The notes: generated by a model not told the origin, from the letters alone. 64,000 nt of DNA from a virus (IMGVR_UViG_2645727636_000004:76925-140924), one strand, 5' to 3'; shown: positions 18,578-27,921, counted from the first letter of the stretch. A program made the numbers and translations.

Positions 18578-18820
18578 TTGAAGTACGCAATTCAATATGA
18601 GCACTTGGAAGATGAATTGGTGAAGGATACTTATTCGAAATGGCATTTCGATGAAGTGAAAAATTATGCTAACAAATACAGTTTAGAATTGTCAGATGAA
18701 GATTTTAATCGTTTTTTAAAACTTCAAAAATCAAATAAGGATATAGCTTGGATGATGCACATAATGAGTGTATATAAACAGTCATTTACAGACACTCTCA
18801 TATCTTATATTACTTATTAA
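18578..18820 (+). CDS. hypothetical protein (80 aa), TTG start
   Basis: RBS GAAAGAAGGttgatgatTTG. Confidence 0.5.
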   Translation: MKYAIQYEHLEDELVKDTYSKWHFDEVKNYANKYSLELSDEDFNRFLKLQKSNKDIAWMMHIMSVYKQSFTDTLISYITY

Positions 18821-18853
18821 TAATTACATAATACGAGCCTATTATGAAGTTGA

Positions 18854-19180
18854 ATGGAGAGAATTTTATTGAAAAAGTTTCCTGTCATTAGTTCCAAAGG
18901 TAATAAATATTTAATTGGAATTGAAAAATGGATAGATGCTATTGATCACAGCTATTCTAGTATAGATGTCACTATCTACAAAAAGAAATCATGGTTCTCG
19001 AACAAGTTAACAACTTTATACTTTAAAAAATATAAATCAAATACACAGGAATACTATGATTTTGTTTTAGCTACTGAAAGTGCTGTATTTGCATACGAAT
19101 CATCTTGTAGTTATCTGTTAAATAAAGAAGATGTTATTAACAAAAAGAAATTTAAAGAGTGGAACGGTATTGTTAGATAA
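18854..19180 (+). CDS. hypothetical protein (alternative start TTG 18869)
   Basis: GGAGAG at 18856-18861 would serve TTG 18869. Confidence 0.55.
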   Translation: MERILLKKFPVISSKGNKYLIGIEKWIDAIDHSYSSIDVTIYKKKSWFSNKLTTLYFKKYKSNTQEYYDFVLATESAVFAYESSCSYLLNKEDVINKKKFKEWNGIVR

Positions 19181-19306
19181 AATGAGAATATTATTAGAAA
19201 TAATGTATTTATAGGTAATACATAATGTAGAAATCAATAAAAAATCCTTTATTTACAATACAGCACTGTATTTATGGGAAGTACAAATTTAGGGGGAATA
19301 TACATA

Positions 19307-19795
19307 TTGAAGATTAAATCAGGTAGGAAGCTACTTTTAGAAAAGAGAGAAAAAAGTAAATATAAATTCCCTTTATTATTTACTAAAGAAGGTCAAGAAT
19401 ATATGGGATCACACATTGCATCTATTAAGTCTAAAACATTTAAAGTTGATTACTATTTTAAAAATGGATATATATCATCAATTACATATACGAATGGTAT
19501 TGGTGGATTCTTACTAGCATCAACTTATGCAATATTAGGATACGTACTTCAATTAATACCTGTTGAAGATGTTAAGAAGTTAGGCATGGAGATTAATGGA
19601 GAAATAATTGAATTAAAAAAGAAGTATGTTTATACAGGATCATCTGTGAATATAAGCAGCAGATTAAATCCTAACGAAACAAGCTTAAAAATTTGGTTAG
19701 ATTCATATTTGGTAAGAAATGACAAAGAGAAATACGTTAAAAAGATTAAATGGAATGATAAAAATATTTGTGATTTAAATGTTAAAAATACATAA
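19307..19795 (+). CDS. hypothetical protein (TTG start; the track's ATG at 19274 lacks an RBS)
   Basis: AGGGGGA at 19291-19297 lies 9 nt before TTG 19307. Confidence 0.5.
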   Translation: MKIKSGRKLLLEKREKSKYKFPLLFTKEGQEYMGSHIASIKSKTFKVDYYFKNGYISSITYTNGIGGFLLASTYAILGYVLQLIPVEDVKKLGMEINGEIIELKKKYVYTGSSVNISSRLNPNETSLKIWLDSYLVRNDKEKYVKKIKWNDKNICDLNVKNT

Positions 19796-19808
19796 AAGGT
19801 AGTGAGAT

Positions 19809-19976
19809 ATGAAGAAAACAAAATTTGAATGGTTAAAGTACCACATTGAATTATCACTAACACATACATATGATAATGCTAGATATGATAAGAAGGCAGA
19901 AATCAAAGCAGAAGTATATGAGGACTTACTGTACTTTATTGAAGGATTAGAAAACATTAAAAGGAGTAATACATAA
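19809..19976 (+). CDS. hypothetical protein (55 aa)
   Basis: RBS AAAAGGtagtgagatATG; motif at 19787-19796. Confidence 0.45.
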   Translation: MKKTKFEWLKYHIELSLTHTYDNARYDKKAEIKAEVYEDLLYFIEGLENIKRSNT

Positions 19977-20132
19977 TGAGCAATTTTGCAAAATCATGGA
20001 TTAGTGTAGGTTTGATTTCGGCTTTTATATTAGTGGCGTTGTTATCATTTATTGTAGGGGTATTCTTTACTGGATATTCAATAACAACAAATCCAGAAGC
20101 ATATGAAGATATAGTTTGTGAAAAACAATAAG
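19977..20132 (+). CDS. small membrane protein (51 aa)
   Basis: Translation MSNFAKSWISVGLISAFILVALLSFIVGVFFTGY...; RBS AAAAGGAGtaatacataATG. Confidence 0.45.
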
Positions 20133-20143
20133 GAGATGAAGTC

Positions 20144-20485
20144 ATGTTTGGAAAATCATTTAATTCAGTAACAATTAATGGTAAAACAGTAAATGTAAAA
20201 GGTAATAATATTTCAGTAATAAATAATAAAATATATGTTGATGGTAATGTCATTGAGACAGATGAATTATCAGGAGACGTACATATTATTGTAGATGGAA
20301 ATATAAATAAATTAGAAACAGGATCTTCTGCAACGATCAAAGGAGATGTACTTGGAGATGTTAAAAGTGGATCATCTATTACATGCCAAAATATAAAAGG
20401 TTCAGTTAAAGCAGGAACTTCAGTTAGCTGCGGTAATGTTGAAGGAGATGTAAAAGCAGGCACAAGCATTACAATGAAACGATAG
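20144..20485 (+). CDS. beta-helical Gly-repeat protein, bactofilin-like (113 aa)
   Basis: Periodic (V/I)xG(D/N)V and KAGTS(V/I) repeats; RBS AAGGAGatgaagtcATG; a 170-aa antisense ORF mirrors it. Confidence 0.5.
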   Translation: MFGKSFNSVTINGKTVNVKGNNISVINNKIYVDGNVIETDELSGDVHIIVDGNINKLETGSSATIKGDVLGDVKSGSSITCQNIKGSVKAGTSVSCGNVEGDVKAGTSITMKR

Positions 20486-20501
20486 AGGAGGAAATTATAA
20501 T

Positions 20502-21071
20502 ATGAATACGTGGCTTACAAGTGATTCGCATTTCCATCATAAGAACATTTTAACATTTGAAAATCGACCATACTCAACTTTAGAAGAAATGAACGTAGGT
20601 ATGATTGAAGCTTGGAATAAAGTTGTAAAGAAAGGTGACTTAGTTTACCATCTAGGCGATTTTGTATTTGGAGGATATTCAAAATGGATTGATATTTTAC
20701 CACGATTAAACGGAGATAAAGTGTTGATTCAAGGCAATCATGATGATGATAAAGTAGTCAAACGAATGTTAGAAGAAGGTTATATTAAGGAATTACATAC
20801 TGTAGGAATGAAAATGAAATATCAGAAGCAAAATATGTGGCTTACACATTACCCAATGGAAATTGGATTACGTCCTAATAAGTGGTCTGTTTCAGGTCAT
20901 ATTCACTCACAACCTAACAAATATGATAATCAGCTAAATTTAGGAGTTGATTCACCATTACTTAGTTATAAACCTTTTGGAGAACCGTTACATATTGATG
21001 AGCTGCTACAAATAATGAATGATCGAACTGAGTCAATTACAAATCAGTTTTTAGAAATGAGAGGTAATTAA
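20502..21071 (+). CDS. calcineurin-like metallophosphoesterase (189 aa)
   Basis: Motifs TSDSHFHH, HLGDFVFGG, QGNHDDD and GHIH; RBS GAGGAGGaaattataatATG. Confidence 0.7.
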   Translation: MNTWLTSDSHFHHKNILTFENRPYSTLEEMNVGMIEAWNKVVKKGDLVYHLGDFVFGGYSKWIDILPRLNGDKVLIQGNHDDDKVVKRMLEEGYIKELHTVGMKMKYQKQNMWLTHYPMEIGLRPNKWSVSGHIHSQPNKYDNQLNLGVDSPLLSYKPFGEPLHIDELLQIMNDRTESITNQFLEMRGN

Positions 21072-21073
21072 GT

Positions 21074-21250
21074 ATGATTGAAGTATTGTTGAATGTTGAA
21101 CATGTAGATGATGTAGAAATTGAAGATGGCAAACTAAGCATTACCAAATATGACGGTACAGATGATGTGTTGTTCTTCGCCTCACATGGTAAAGAAATTA
21201 GCATATCTTTGTCAGAATTAACCAAAGTGATTGAGATGATGAATAAGTGA
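21074..21250 (+). CDS. hypothetical acidic protein (58 aa)
   Basis: RBS GAGGtaattaagtATG; below the track cutoff. Confidence 0.45.
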   Translation: MIEVLLNVEHVDDVEIEDGKLSITKYDGTDDVLFFASHGKEISISLSELTKVIEMMNK

Positions 21251-21336
21251 TTTGATAATAGTTATCTTTTATTTAAATAAATACATATTTGGAGGATGGT
21301 CTTTTTGACTCTCTTTTTTTATTTGTAATATTTCCG

Positions 21337-21366
21337 TTGCATAAATCTGAACAAATACTCTATAAT
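21337..21366 (+). promoter_or_regulatory. sigma-A-like promoter: TTGCAT, 18-nt spacer, TATAAT
   Basis: -35 at 21337-21342; -10 at 21361-21366; lies in a 150-bp non-coding gap; the variant motif AAATACATAT is at 21279-21288. Confidence 0.5.
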
Positions 21367-21404
21367 ATATACAAACAAACGTTCTTTTTCTGGAGGAGAG
21401 AGTT

Positions 21405-21744
21405 TATGTTAAATGACCGTGGAAATATGAAATGGACAGCATTGATGCTGCCTGAGCATTTGGTGAAAATTAAGGAATGGAAGCAAGAGCAATTCCATGA
21501 TAAACAACGTGATTTAACTGAATGGGAACTAGAAGAGATTGAACAAACAGTGCAGAGAGCCTATAAATTACATGAAGAAGTCAAAATAACCTTGTGGAGT
21601 GACAATAAATTACATGATGTTGTAGGAATGATTACTGCTATTAATGCATTTCATAAGGAATTACTCTTGGATATGGATATTTCAATAAAACGTATTACAT
21701 TTGATCAGATACAAAAAGTATCAATGGTAAATATAGATGATTAA
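21405..21744 (+). CDS. hypothetical protein (112 aa)
   Basis: ATG at 21405 preceded by ctGGAGGAGAGAGtttATG; the track's upstream extension runs through the promoter region. Confidence 0.55.
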
Positions 21745-22090
21745 TTCAGAGCAACGACAGCTTGTACACAAATTTTTATTGTTAGATTTAGCTGTCAAAT
21801 CGTTGCAGGTTGATTATCTGAAGACAGAACAATTTAAATTGAAAAATGTATTTCTCCCATTAATGGATTCATTATTAAAGGATTTACGTAATGAATGTTT
21901 TAATCTGAAAAGACAGCTTGCACAGCAAAAAATACGAATTGTGGGATGGACTAAGATAGATGAGTACTTTAGTGATGTGAAAATTGCTACAGCAGGTGAT
22001 GATGTTGATTTACGATATGCTCAACAAGCCTTAAAAACAAAGGTTGAACAACTTATAAATAATTATATTAATGAAAAGTTGAATTTGTAA
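21737..22090 (+). CDS. hypothetical protein (117 aa)
   Basis: ATGA overlap with the upstream gene. Confidence 0.55.
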   Translation: MINSEQRQLVHKFLLLDLAVKSLQVDYLKTEQFKLKNVFLPLMDSLLKDLRNECFNLKRQLAQQKIRIVGWTKIDEYFSDVKIATAGDDVDLRYAQQALKTKVEQLINNYINEKLNL

Positions 22091-22167
22091 TTACCACTAG
22101 TACCTTCATTTACATGTGTTTTTAGTATATATGGCATGAGATAATGGTTTATGAGGGGGAAATAGTA

Positions 22168-23070
22168 ATGTTATTTACTCCAATTAAACCAATGTTACTT
22201 CACATGGGTAACAATAATGAAATAATAGATAATCCAGAGTGGATTTACGATATAAAATGGGATGGTTGGCGCATCCTTTTGCATAAACAAGGTGAGCGAG
22301 TAGAGGCATATACACGACATGGCAACAATGTAACTTCTAAGTTTCCAGAGCTACAAACTGTTGGAAAGTCAATTAAGGAAGACACAGCAATTATTGATTG
22401 TGAAGGCGTAGTACTGAGAAATGGTGTATCAGTATTTGAAGATTTTGCTTACAGAGGTAGACTTTCAAATAAAGATAAGATTGATCAAGCAACTTTAACT
22501 AATGCGGCTACTTTTATAGCATTTGATGTATTAGCTACTGGTAAGTCACATATGAATAAAACACTTATAGAACGTAAGGAAATATTATCATCAATAATCG
22601 AACCTTCAAATAGTTTACTTGTTACTCCATCGGTCACAGGCAATGGCAACGATATATTTCAGTTAACTAAGGATAGAGGTATGGAAGGTATCGTAGGAAA
22701 GCGAAGTAATTCGACTTACAAAACTAACCATCGATCACATGATTGGTTGAAGTATAAACACTTTAAAGTAATGGATACTGTTATCTTAGGATATAAAGAG
22801 AATCCTTTTACAATGATAGTGGGTACTCAATTAAGTAACGGTAAATATAGACCTCTTGCGAATGTAGAGTTTGGCTTTAAACCTGAAGAGAAAACAGCTT
22901 TCAGGGAAATTGCTAAACAGATAATAACAAATGTAGAACGTGATATAATGTGGATAGAACCAAGCTTATTCTGTAAAGTACAGTATCTTGAGAAAACGAG
23001 TACTGGTTCATTGAGAATCGTTTCGTTTAAAGGATTTAATTTTAATAAAGCTCATGAAGAAAGTATCTAA
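22168..23070 (+). CDS. ATP-dependent DNA ligase (300 aa)
   Basis: Adenylation motif I (KxDGxR) appears as DIKWDGWRI; IAFDVL resembles motif III; RBS GAGGGGGaaatagtaATG. Confidence 0.8.
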   Translation: MLFTPIKPMLLHMGNNNEIIDNPEWIYDIKWDGWRILLHKQGERVEAYTRHGNNVTSKFPELQTVGKSIKEDTAIIDCEGVVLRNGVSVFEDFAYRGRLSNKDKIDQATLTNAATFIAFDVLATGKSHMNKTLIERKEILSSIIEPSNSLLVTPSVTGNGNDIFQLTKDRGMEGIVGKRSNSTYKTNHRSHDWLKYKHFKVMDTVILGYKENPFTMIVGTQLSNGKYRPLANVEFGFKPEEKTAFREIAKQIITNVERDIMWIEPSLFCKVQYLEKTSTGSLRIVSFKGFNFNKAHEESI

Positions 23071-23087
23071 AATAGATGATTAACAGT

Positions 23088-23120
23088 CACTCATTATTAA
23101 ATGGGTGGCTTTTCTTTTTA
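23088..23120 (+). terminator. intrinsic terminator (8-bp stem with one G-U pair, then GCTTTTCTTTTTA)
   Basis: CACTCATT at 23088-23095 pairs with AATGGGTG at 23100-23107; a T-run follows. Confidence 0.5.
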
Positions 23121-23151
23121 TAATATTTCCCTTTTATAAAATTAAATAAAG

Positions 23152-23197
23152 AAATACATAATTAATACTTGATTTTATGTATTTTGTTAATTATACT
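23152..23197 (+). promoter_or_regulatory. perfect palindrome of the AAATACATAA motif overlapping a sigma-A-like promoter (TTGATT, 17-nt spacer, TATACT)
   Basis: Arms at 23152-23161 and 23175-23184 (TTATGTATTT) with a 13-nt spacer; -35 at 23169-23174; -10 at 23192-23197. Confidence 0.5.
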
Positions 23198-23241
23198 TAG
23201 GTTAAGAAGTCAAACATTACTAAATATTAGGAGGAGAGCAC

Positions 23242-23595
23242 GTGATTGAAATTAAAGAAGGGTTCGGAGTGGACAATAAAGTATGGGCATTTACTTTCAG
23301 TAAACCTTATCAAATTGTACCAATTGGAGAAAATAAGCTTGGAGAGAATCATCTAAATAGACGATTAAAAAAGCTCAAAGAATATGATACACCAAAATAT
23401 CTTGGGAATGTCGGATCATTATTGCCTCACAGATACAGTAATATCAAAGAAATTAAAAAAGAGATTATTCTAGTAAAAAAGTTCATCAGTAGAAAAGGAA
23501 CTGATGATGAAGAAATTTATTATGATAAGGAATTTGAGGTATTTGTAATTCACTTCGATGATAATGAAAATTTAATGGTGCTAAATAAGAATTAA
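23242..23595 (+). CDS. hypothetical protein (117 aa), GTG start
   Basis: RBS ttAGGAGGAGAGcacGTG. Confidence 0.55.
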   Translation: MIEIKEGFGVDNKVWAFTFSKPYQIVPIGENKLGENHLNRRLKKLKEYDTPKYLGNVGSLLPHRYSNIKEIKKEIILVKKFISRKGTDDEEIYYDKEFEVFVIHFDDNENLMVLNKN

Positions 23596-23650
23596 AGCAT
23601 TAAACGATATTCGTATTTTACAAAATAAAAAATAGAATGGAGAAATTAAA

Positions 23651-23872
23651 ATGAAAAATGGCAAAAACTTTTTTGAGTATTATGTATACGTAGATAAGAG
23701 ATCAGGAAGTAAGGAGAATAACTGCTTCACTATTTTTAGTTCAGACATTTTAAATGAGAATGACATTATCGTAAACAACAATGAGTATTTCAAAATTACA
23801 GAAGTCTATGAAGATAACTTAACTGTTGAAAGTATTACAGTTAATGCAGTTAATGTATATAAGGTAATTTAA
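23651..23872 (+). CDS. hypothetical protein (73 aa)
   Basis: RBS aatGGAGaaattaaaATG. Confidence 0.5.
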   Translation: MKNGKNFFEYYVYVDKRSGSKENNCFTIFSSDILNENDIIVNNNEYFKITEVYEDNLTVESITVNAVNVYKVI

Positions 23873-23899
23873 TAATATTCGAATTTATGAAAGGAGAGT

Positions 23900-24248
23900 T
23901 TGTCAATAGATAATAATGATGTTGGAAATGACTGTAAGAAGGAATTTATAATCGATAAGGATTCCATGGTTAAAGAAGTTACAATGTGGATTTATAAAAA
24001 TACCTTCATGGGTGGTAATTTAGATAAAACATTTAAATTAAATATAGAAATTGAGAAAATAAATGATAATTAGAAAGGTTATATAAACTAGGACTTAGTG
24101 AAAACGATGTAAATACTCTTAATTCAATTAATGATTCAGTAATAAAAATAGATTTCTTTAATCAATTACTTATTCAAGTCCATAACAATGGATTTAGGAA
24201 AGGAGTAGACGAAACAATAGGTTATGTGAAAGAAATCACCAACCAATA
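23900..24248 (+). pseudogene. possible frameshifted or disrupted gene
   Basis: A 400-bp stretch has no intact ORF of 60 aa or more on either strand; two adjacent open frames (23900-24073, then 24070-24248) would join with a -1 shift near 24065-24072; the first has only a TTG start 3 nt after GGAG. Confidence 0.25.
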
Positions 24249-24271
24249 ATACTTTTGGAAAGAGGTAGTCA

Positions 24272-24676
24272 ATGGATAATAAAATTACAAAAGAAGCTGC
24301 ACTTCAATTAAATCAGGCAAAGGATGTAATTTGGAGCGCAATGAACTTAATGATCAAAAAGCAAGGATATAGTGATTTAACTTTACACTTGGAAGGTTCT
24401 TATTATGAAATAAGTGATATTTTAAGTAATTCAGAAGTGGTAAGTAATGATATTAAATTGTTTTATGTCTACAAAAAAGATTGGTACTGTAACACTGAAG
24501 AAAAAGGATTTATTGTAAAATCTACGGATTGGAAAAGCGCAAAAGCTATTGCTATGAAAAATATCAATTTTAAAGAAGAAAGTAGAATAAATGTAATTGT
24601 TGAAGAAGTTGACAGTATTGAAGAAAATATACTGTATTCTACTGTTAATATAAGAAATAATATTACGTGCAATTAA
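24272..24676 (+). CDS. hypothetical protein (134 aa)
   Basis: RBS gAAAGAGGtagtcaATG. Confidence 0.55.
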   Translation: MDNKITKEAALQLNQAKDVIWSAMNLMIKKQGYSDLTLHLEGSYYEISDILSNSEVVSNDIKLFYVYKKDWYCNTEEKGFIVKSTDWKSAKAIAMKNINFKEESRINVIVEEVDSIEENILYSTVNIRNNITCN

Positions 24677-24711
24677 ATAAGAAATACATATTTGAAGAAA
24701 GGGGTTTATAT

Positions 24712-25086
24712 TTGAAGGTAATTAATTCTAAAATTTATTTTCAAGTTGGAATGTTGTACGTAAAGGATCTAGACACCTTTGATATTCAATTCACAAAAGA
24801 AATTAAAGAGGCATACTATGTTGATCTATTGGTAGATTTTCAATATAAGGTTGCTAAAATAGTAAGTTCAATAAAAAGATTAGTGGAAACAGAGCCGAAG
24901 TTGATATTTCATAGAGAATTAATCGATGAATACTGCTTAGATGATTATACAGTTTGGTTAAATGGCGGTTTCATTAATGGAGTAGAAGTCGACAAGATGT
25001 ATTGGACTCAAATTACTGTTTTAGACAAAGAAAAAGATGAACATTTTCATAAGTGGTTAAATAAGGATTACCTACATAATAAATAA
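24712..25086 (+). CDS. hypothetical protein (TTG start; the track's GTG at 24667 would place the AAATACATAT motif inside the coding region)
   Basis: GAAAGGGG lies 8 nt before TTG 24712; motif at 24682-24691. Confidence 0.5.
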   Translation: MKVINSKIYFQVGMLYVKDLDTFDIQFTKEIKEAYYVDLLVDFQYKVAKIVSSIKRLVETEPKLIFHRELIDEYCLDDYTVWLNGGFINGVEVDKMYWTQITVLDKEKDEHFHKWLNKDYLHNK

Positions 25087-25119
25087 TAAATAATTCGATA
25101 TTATAAAGGAGAATAAAGA

Positions 25120-25275
25120 ATGAGTTTGAATTACAATAAAGAACGATCAAGCTGCGGCTCAGGAGGATGTGTTACATGTCCATTTTCTCAAAATGAGGAT
25201 GCGTTTTATGCAGAAAACACAGGATGTCTGCCAACAGTAAATGAAATTTTGGATTTACCTGAAAACAAAATGTAA
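25120..25275 (+). CDS. small Cys-rich protein (51 aa)
   Basis: Translation MSLNYNKERSSCGSGGCVTCPFSQ...; RBS AAAGGAGaataaagaATG. Confidence 0.4.
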   Translation: MSLNYNKERSSCGSGGCVTCPFSQNEDAFYAENTGCLPTVNEILDLPENKM

Positions 25276-25295
25276 ATTGGGGATGTCATGGTGAA

Positions 25296-25523
25296 GTGGG
25301 CGTAGTTTGTAGAGGGTTCGCTAAAGAGTACAAAAGGTTAGTAAATAAAGTAAATAAAGATTTGCCAATCGTAGATTTTGATGAGTTTACACATTTAGGA
25401 ATGGATGTAGCTATTGCATTAGCTAAAGTTAGAAAAGGAATTAATCCATTGAAAGACGAGTTAAGTAAGTATAAAGGATGTTATTCGGAGCTGAACTACT
25501 TTGATTACAGTAAAATTAAATAA
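25296..25523 (+). CDS. hypothetical protein (75 aa), GTG start
   Basis: GGGGATG lies about 10 nt upstream of the GTG. Confidence 0.5.
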   Translation: MGVVCRGFAKEYKRLVNKVNKDLPIVDFDEFTHLGMDVAIALAKVRKGINPLKDELSKYKGCYSELNYFDYSKIK

Positions 25524-25545
25524 ATACATAAATGAGGATAGGTAG

Positions 25546-25770
25546 ATGGTAACGATACTTATATTTTTGTTTGGAGCAAGTTTGTTTTCAACTGTATTTC
25601 ATTTTCTTTATATCATGGGTGCTATGGACGAAGATGGATATCCTCCTAAGAAAAAGAAGCGAAGAAGAGGATTTATCAGAATGGTTATCTCTGCATTCAT
25701 CTGTGCTGTATTTCTTGGTTTATTGAACGATTATCATAATGGGTTAATTGAATTAAACTGGTGGCAATAA
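25546..25770 (+). CDS. two-TM membrane protein with a KKKKRRR loop (74 aa)
   Basis: Two hydrophobic segments flank PPKKKKRRRG; RBS atGAGGAtaggtagATG; motif at 25522-25531. Confidence 0.55.
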   Translation: MVTILIFLFGASLFSTVFHFLYIMGAMDEDGYPPKKKKRRRGFIRMVISAFICAVFLGLLNDYHNGLIELNWWQ

Positions 25771-25817
25771 GATTATTATATAAAAAGTTGATATTATAAA
25801 AATAGGAGGAATGAACA

Positions 25818-26003
25818 ATGTCAATTTGTTATGAATGTCAAATGGATAAGATAGTTAGTGGGTGTGGAGTTTCAGTTAAAGATACTAAGGTCGTAAATGG
25901 AATTGGTGTAGTTGAATGTAAATATTTTATGGAGCTAAGTGGAGACTTATTAAAAGCTCAAAAAAATAAAAACGAAATGATTAATAATGCTAAATTTAAG
26001 TGA
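25818..26003 (+). CDS. small Cys-rich protein (61 aa)
   Basis: CYEC...SGCG...C spacing; RBS atAGGAGGaatgaacaATG. Confidence 0.5.
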   Translation: MSICYECQMDKIVSGCGVSVKDTKVVNGIGVVECKYFMELSGDLLKAQKNKNEMINNAKFK

Positions 26004-26042
26004 AACAATGATGTTTTGAAAATATAAATTGGAGGTAACTAT

Positions 26043-26399
26043 ATGTTTAAATTTGAGTGTGGAGATAGTATTAAATTTGGTGAAGAATACTGTAAAGAGT
26101 TTGAACGAGAAGATTTAATTAGTAAAACCATCATGATGACTCCTCAATACTTTGAAGAAGATAATGGGATATACGTTTATACATCTACGTATGCAGGTAT
26201 TTATGATAAAGAAAATAAGGAAGCTCACAGTATTTATCATTTATTTGGTAACGATTTTGAGTATTTCATGGACTGCGAATTAGTCAAAGGGTCTAATGAA
26301 GATAAGAAAAAATATGAAGAAATTATTAATTTACACAACAAAGTATTAGAAGACGAAGCTGCTAGATGGATTGAATTCACCTCGGAAAAAGGATTTTAG
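26043..26399 (+). CDS. hypothetical protein (118 aa)
   Basis: RBS ttGGAGGtaactatATG. Confidence 0.55.
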   Translation: MFKFECGDSIKFGEEYCKEFEREDLISKTIMMTPQYFEEDNGIYVYTSTYAGIYDKENKEAHSIYHLFGNDFEYFMDCELVKGSNEDKKKYEEIINLHNKVLEDEAARWIEFTSEKGF

Positions 26400-26461
26400 A
26401 AGAAATATTAAATAATAATTTCATTTTATAAAAACAAATACATAATAAAGGAGTGTTCAAA

Positions 26462-26722
26462 TTGCAATTTGCATACAGGTTAGTTGATTCAAAAGGAGCT
26501 TCTATTGATTGGAGTCAGAACACAAAAACGTTGAAGGTAGATATTTCAGTTATTAAAGATAATGACTATTTTGAAGGTGGTAATTTAGATTATTTTAAGA
26601 CTGTTTGTACTTTTCTTAATGAGGTATCTGTAAAAGGATTGGAAGGCAATATTGATGTTGAGATGCCAATTAGGATTGCAAAAATTAAAATCACAAAGAC
26701 TATAGGTGCCTATATAAAGTAA
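26462..26722 (+). CDS. hypothetical protein (TTG start)
   Basis: AAAGGAGTG, then TTG at 26462; motif at 26437-26446. Confidence 0.5.
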   Translation: MQFAYRLVDSKGASIDWSQNTKTLKVDISVIKDNDYFEGGNLDYFKTVCTFLNEVSVKGLEGNIDVEMPIRIAKIKITKTIGAYIK

Positions 26723-26764
26723 ATATCTAAATGATAGTCGCATTTTATAGAGAGGAGATGGATT

Positions 26765-26947
26765 ATGGAAGAAGTATATAGTGAAGTTATTAGAAAACGT
26801 AGAGAATTATTTGCTCAAAAATATAAAGAGCATTTCGGCATAGAGTTAGATTTTAAAATATTAGAGAAGCAAAATCAAGAAAAAATTAAGAATGGCGAAT
26901 ATACATTTGTGTTAAATTATTATGGTATTAAATCCAACTGGATGTAA
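26765..26947 (+). CDS. hypothetical protein (60 aa)
   Basis: RBS agAGAGGAGatggattATG. Confidence 0.5.
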   Translation: MEEVYSEVIRKRRELFAQKYKEHFGIELDFKILEKQNQEKIKNGEYTFVLNYYGIKSNWM

Positions 26948-26985
26948 ATAAAATGTATACAATAAAAGAAGGAGCTGATATTATT

Positions 26986-27738
26986 ATGATGAAAATTGAG
27001 TATTTAAAACCGTTTTATACAAAAGTCACTGGTAATAAATTACGTTTAGTTTTTGCTCATCAATACTTAACCGTTTCAAAAGATAATGAGATTTTCCATT
27101 TCATTCCCATCGAATGTAAAGAGATGATCGTTAACTTGGATACAGAGCAAGTTGAAAATTTATCTGAGGTTTTTGTTTTCCAGAAAGATAAACGTTTTAT
27201 TCGACTACCGTTATATCAATTATTATTAATTACAAATATACATAGTTTTATAAATCCAATAATACATAATGAAAAGAATAAAAATAATCAGAACAATTTA
27301 AAGGCATTTGATAAAATTTTAATTGCTAAAGTCAACTTTGAAGGATTGAGTGATTTGCCAACAAGTGAGAAAACATATTACTTTAGATCGTATGATACTG
27401 ATCTTAAGATAAATGATATTGTATGGGTAGATAGTCAACGCAAACAACAACTAGCAAATTTCCTAGGGTATATTAATGAGTCTGAGATCAATTGCAACCC
27501 AACAAAGTTCATTATTAGAAAGGCGAATGCTGCTGAAGTAACAGGTCGAGAAGATTTTACTATAGATATTCAGGAGTCAAGAAAATGCGAACACACTATG
27601 CCAGACAAGTTCAGTCATGAAATTATCAAGTTACTTTCTGAAATAATGCAATTTAATAAAGAAAATATGATTGATAGATATCTAGATAATAAGGATTTTG
27701 ATGGCTTAAATGAATTCCTAAGTGTTCAAGTATCATAA
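26986..27738 (+). CDS. hypothetical protein (250 aa)
   Basis: ATG at 26986 preceded by GAAGGAGctgatattattATG. Confidence 0.55.
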   Translation: MMKIEYLKPFYTKVTGNKLRLVFAHQYLTVSKDNEIFHFIPIECKEMIVNLDTEQVENLSEVFVFQKDKRFIRLPLYQLLLITNIHSFINPIIHNEKNKNNQNNLKAFDKILIAKVNFEGLSDLPTSEKTYYFRSYDTDLKINDIVWVDSQRKQQLANFLGYINESEINCNPTKFIIRKANAAEVTGREDFTIDIQESRKCEHTMPDKFSHEIIKLLSEIMQFNKENMIDRYLDNKDFDGLNEFLSVQVS

Positions 27739-27777
27739 AAGCCATCTATTACGAAAATAAATAACAGGGAAGGGACG

Positions 27778-27921
27778 ATGACATCGGATAAATCAATGTG
27801 TTTTAGATGTGATGAGTTCACGGAGTCAATTGAGTATAAATGTGTTAAGTGTATGCAATTCAAGTTAATTGATACTATGTATGTATTAGATAAAGAAGAA
27901 ATTGTAGAGGATGATATGTAA
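27778..27921 (+). CDS. Cys4 zinc-ribbon mini-protein (47 aa)
   Basis: Translation MTSDKSMCFRCDEF...YKCVKCMQF; RBS caGGGAAGGGAcgATG. Confidence 0.4.
   Translation: MTSDKSMCFRCDEFTESIEYKCVKCMQFKLIDTMYVLDKEEIVEDDM

Noticed and set aside
19957-20469. 170-aa minus-strand ORF (Pro/Thr/Ser-rich low-complexity translation)
   Set aside because: It is the antisense shadow of the repeat-rich + strand gene 20144–20485. It has no RBS, opposes the uniform gene orientation and has low-complexity composition.
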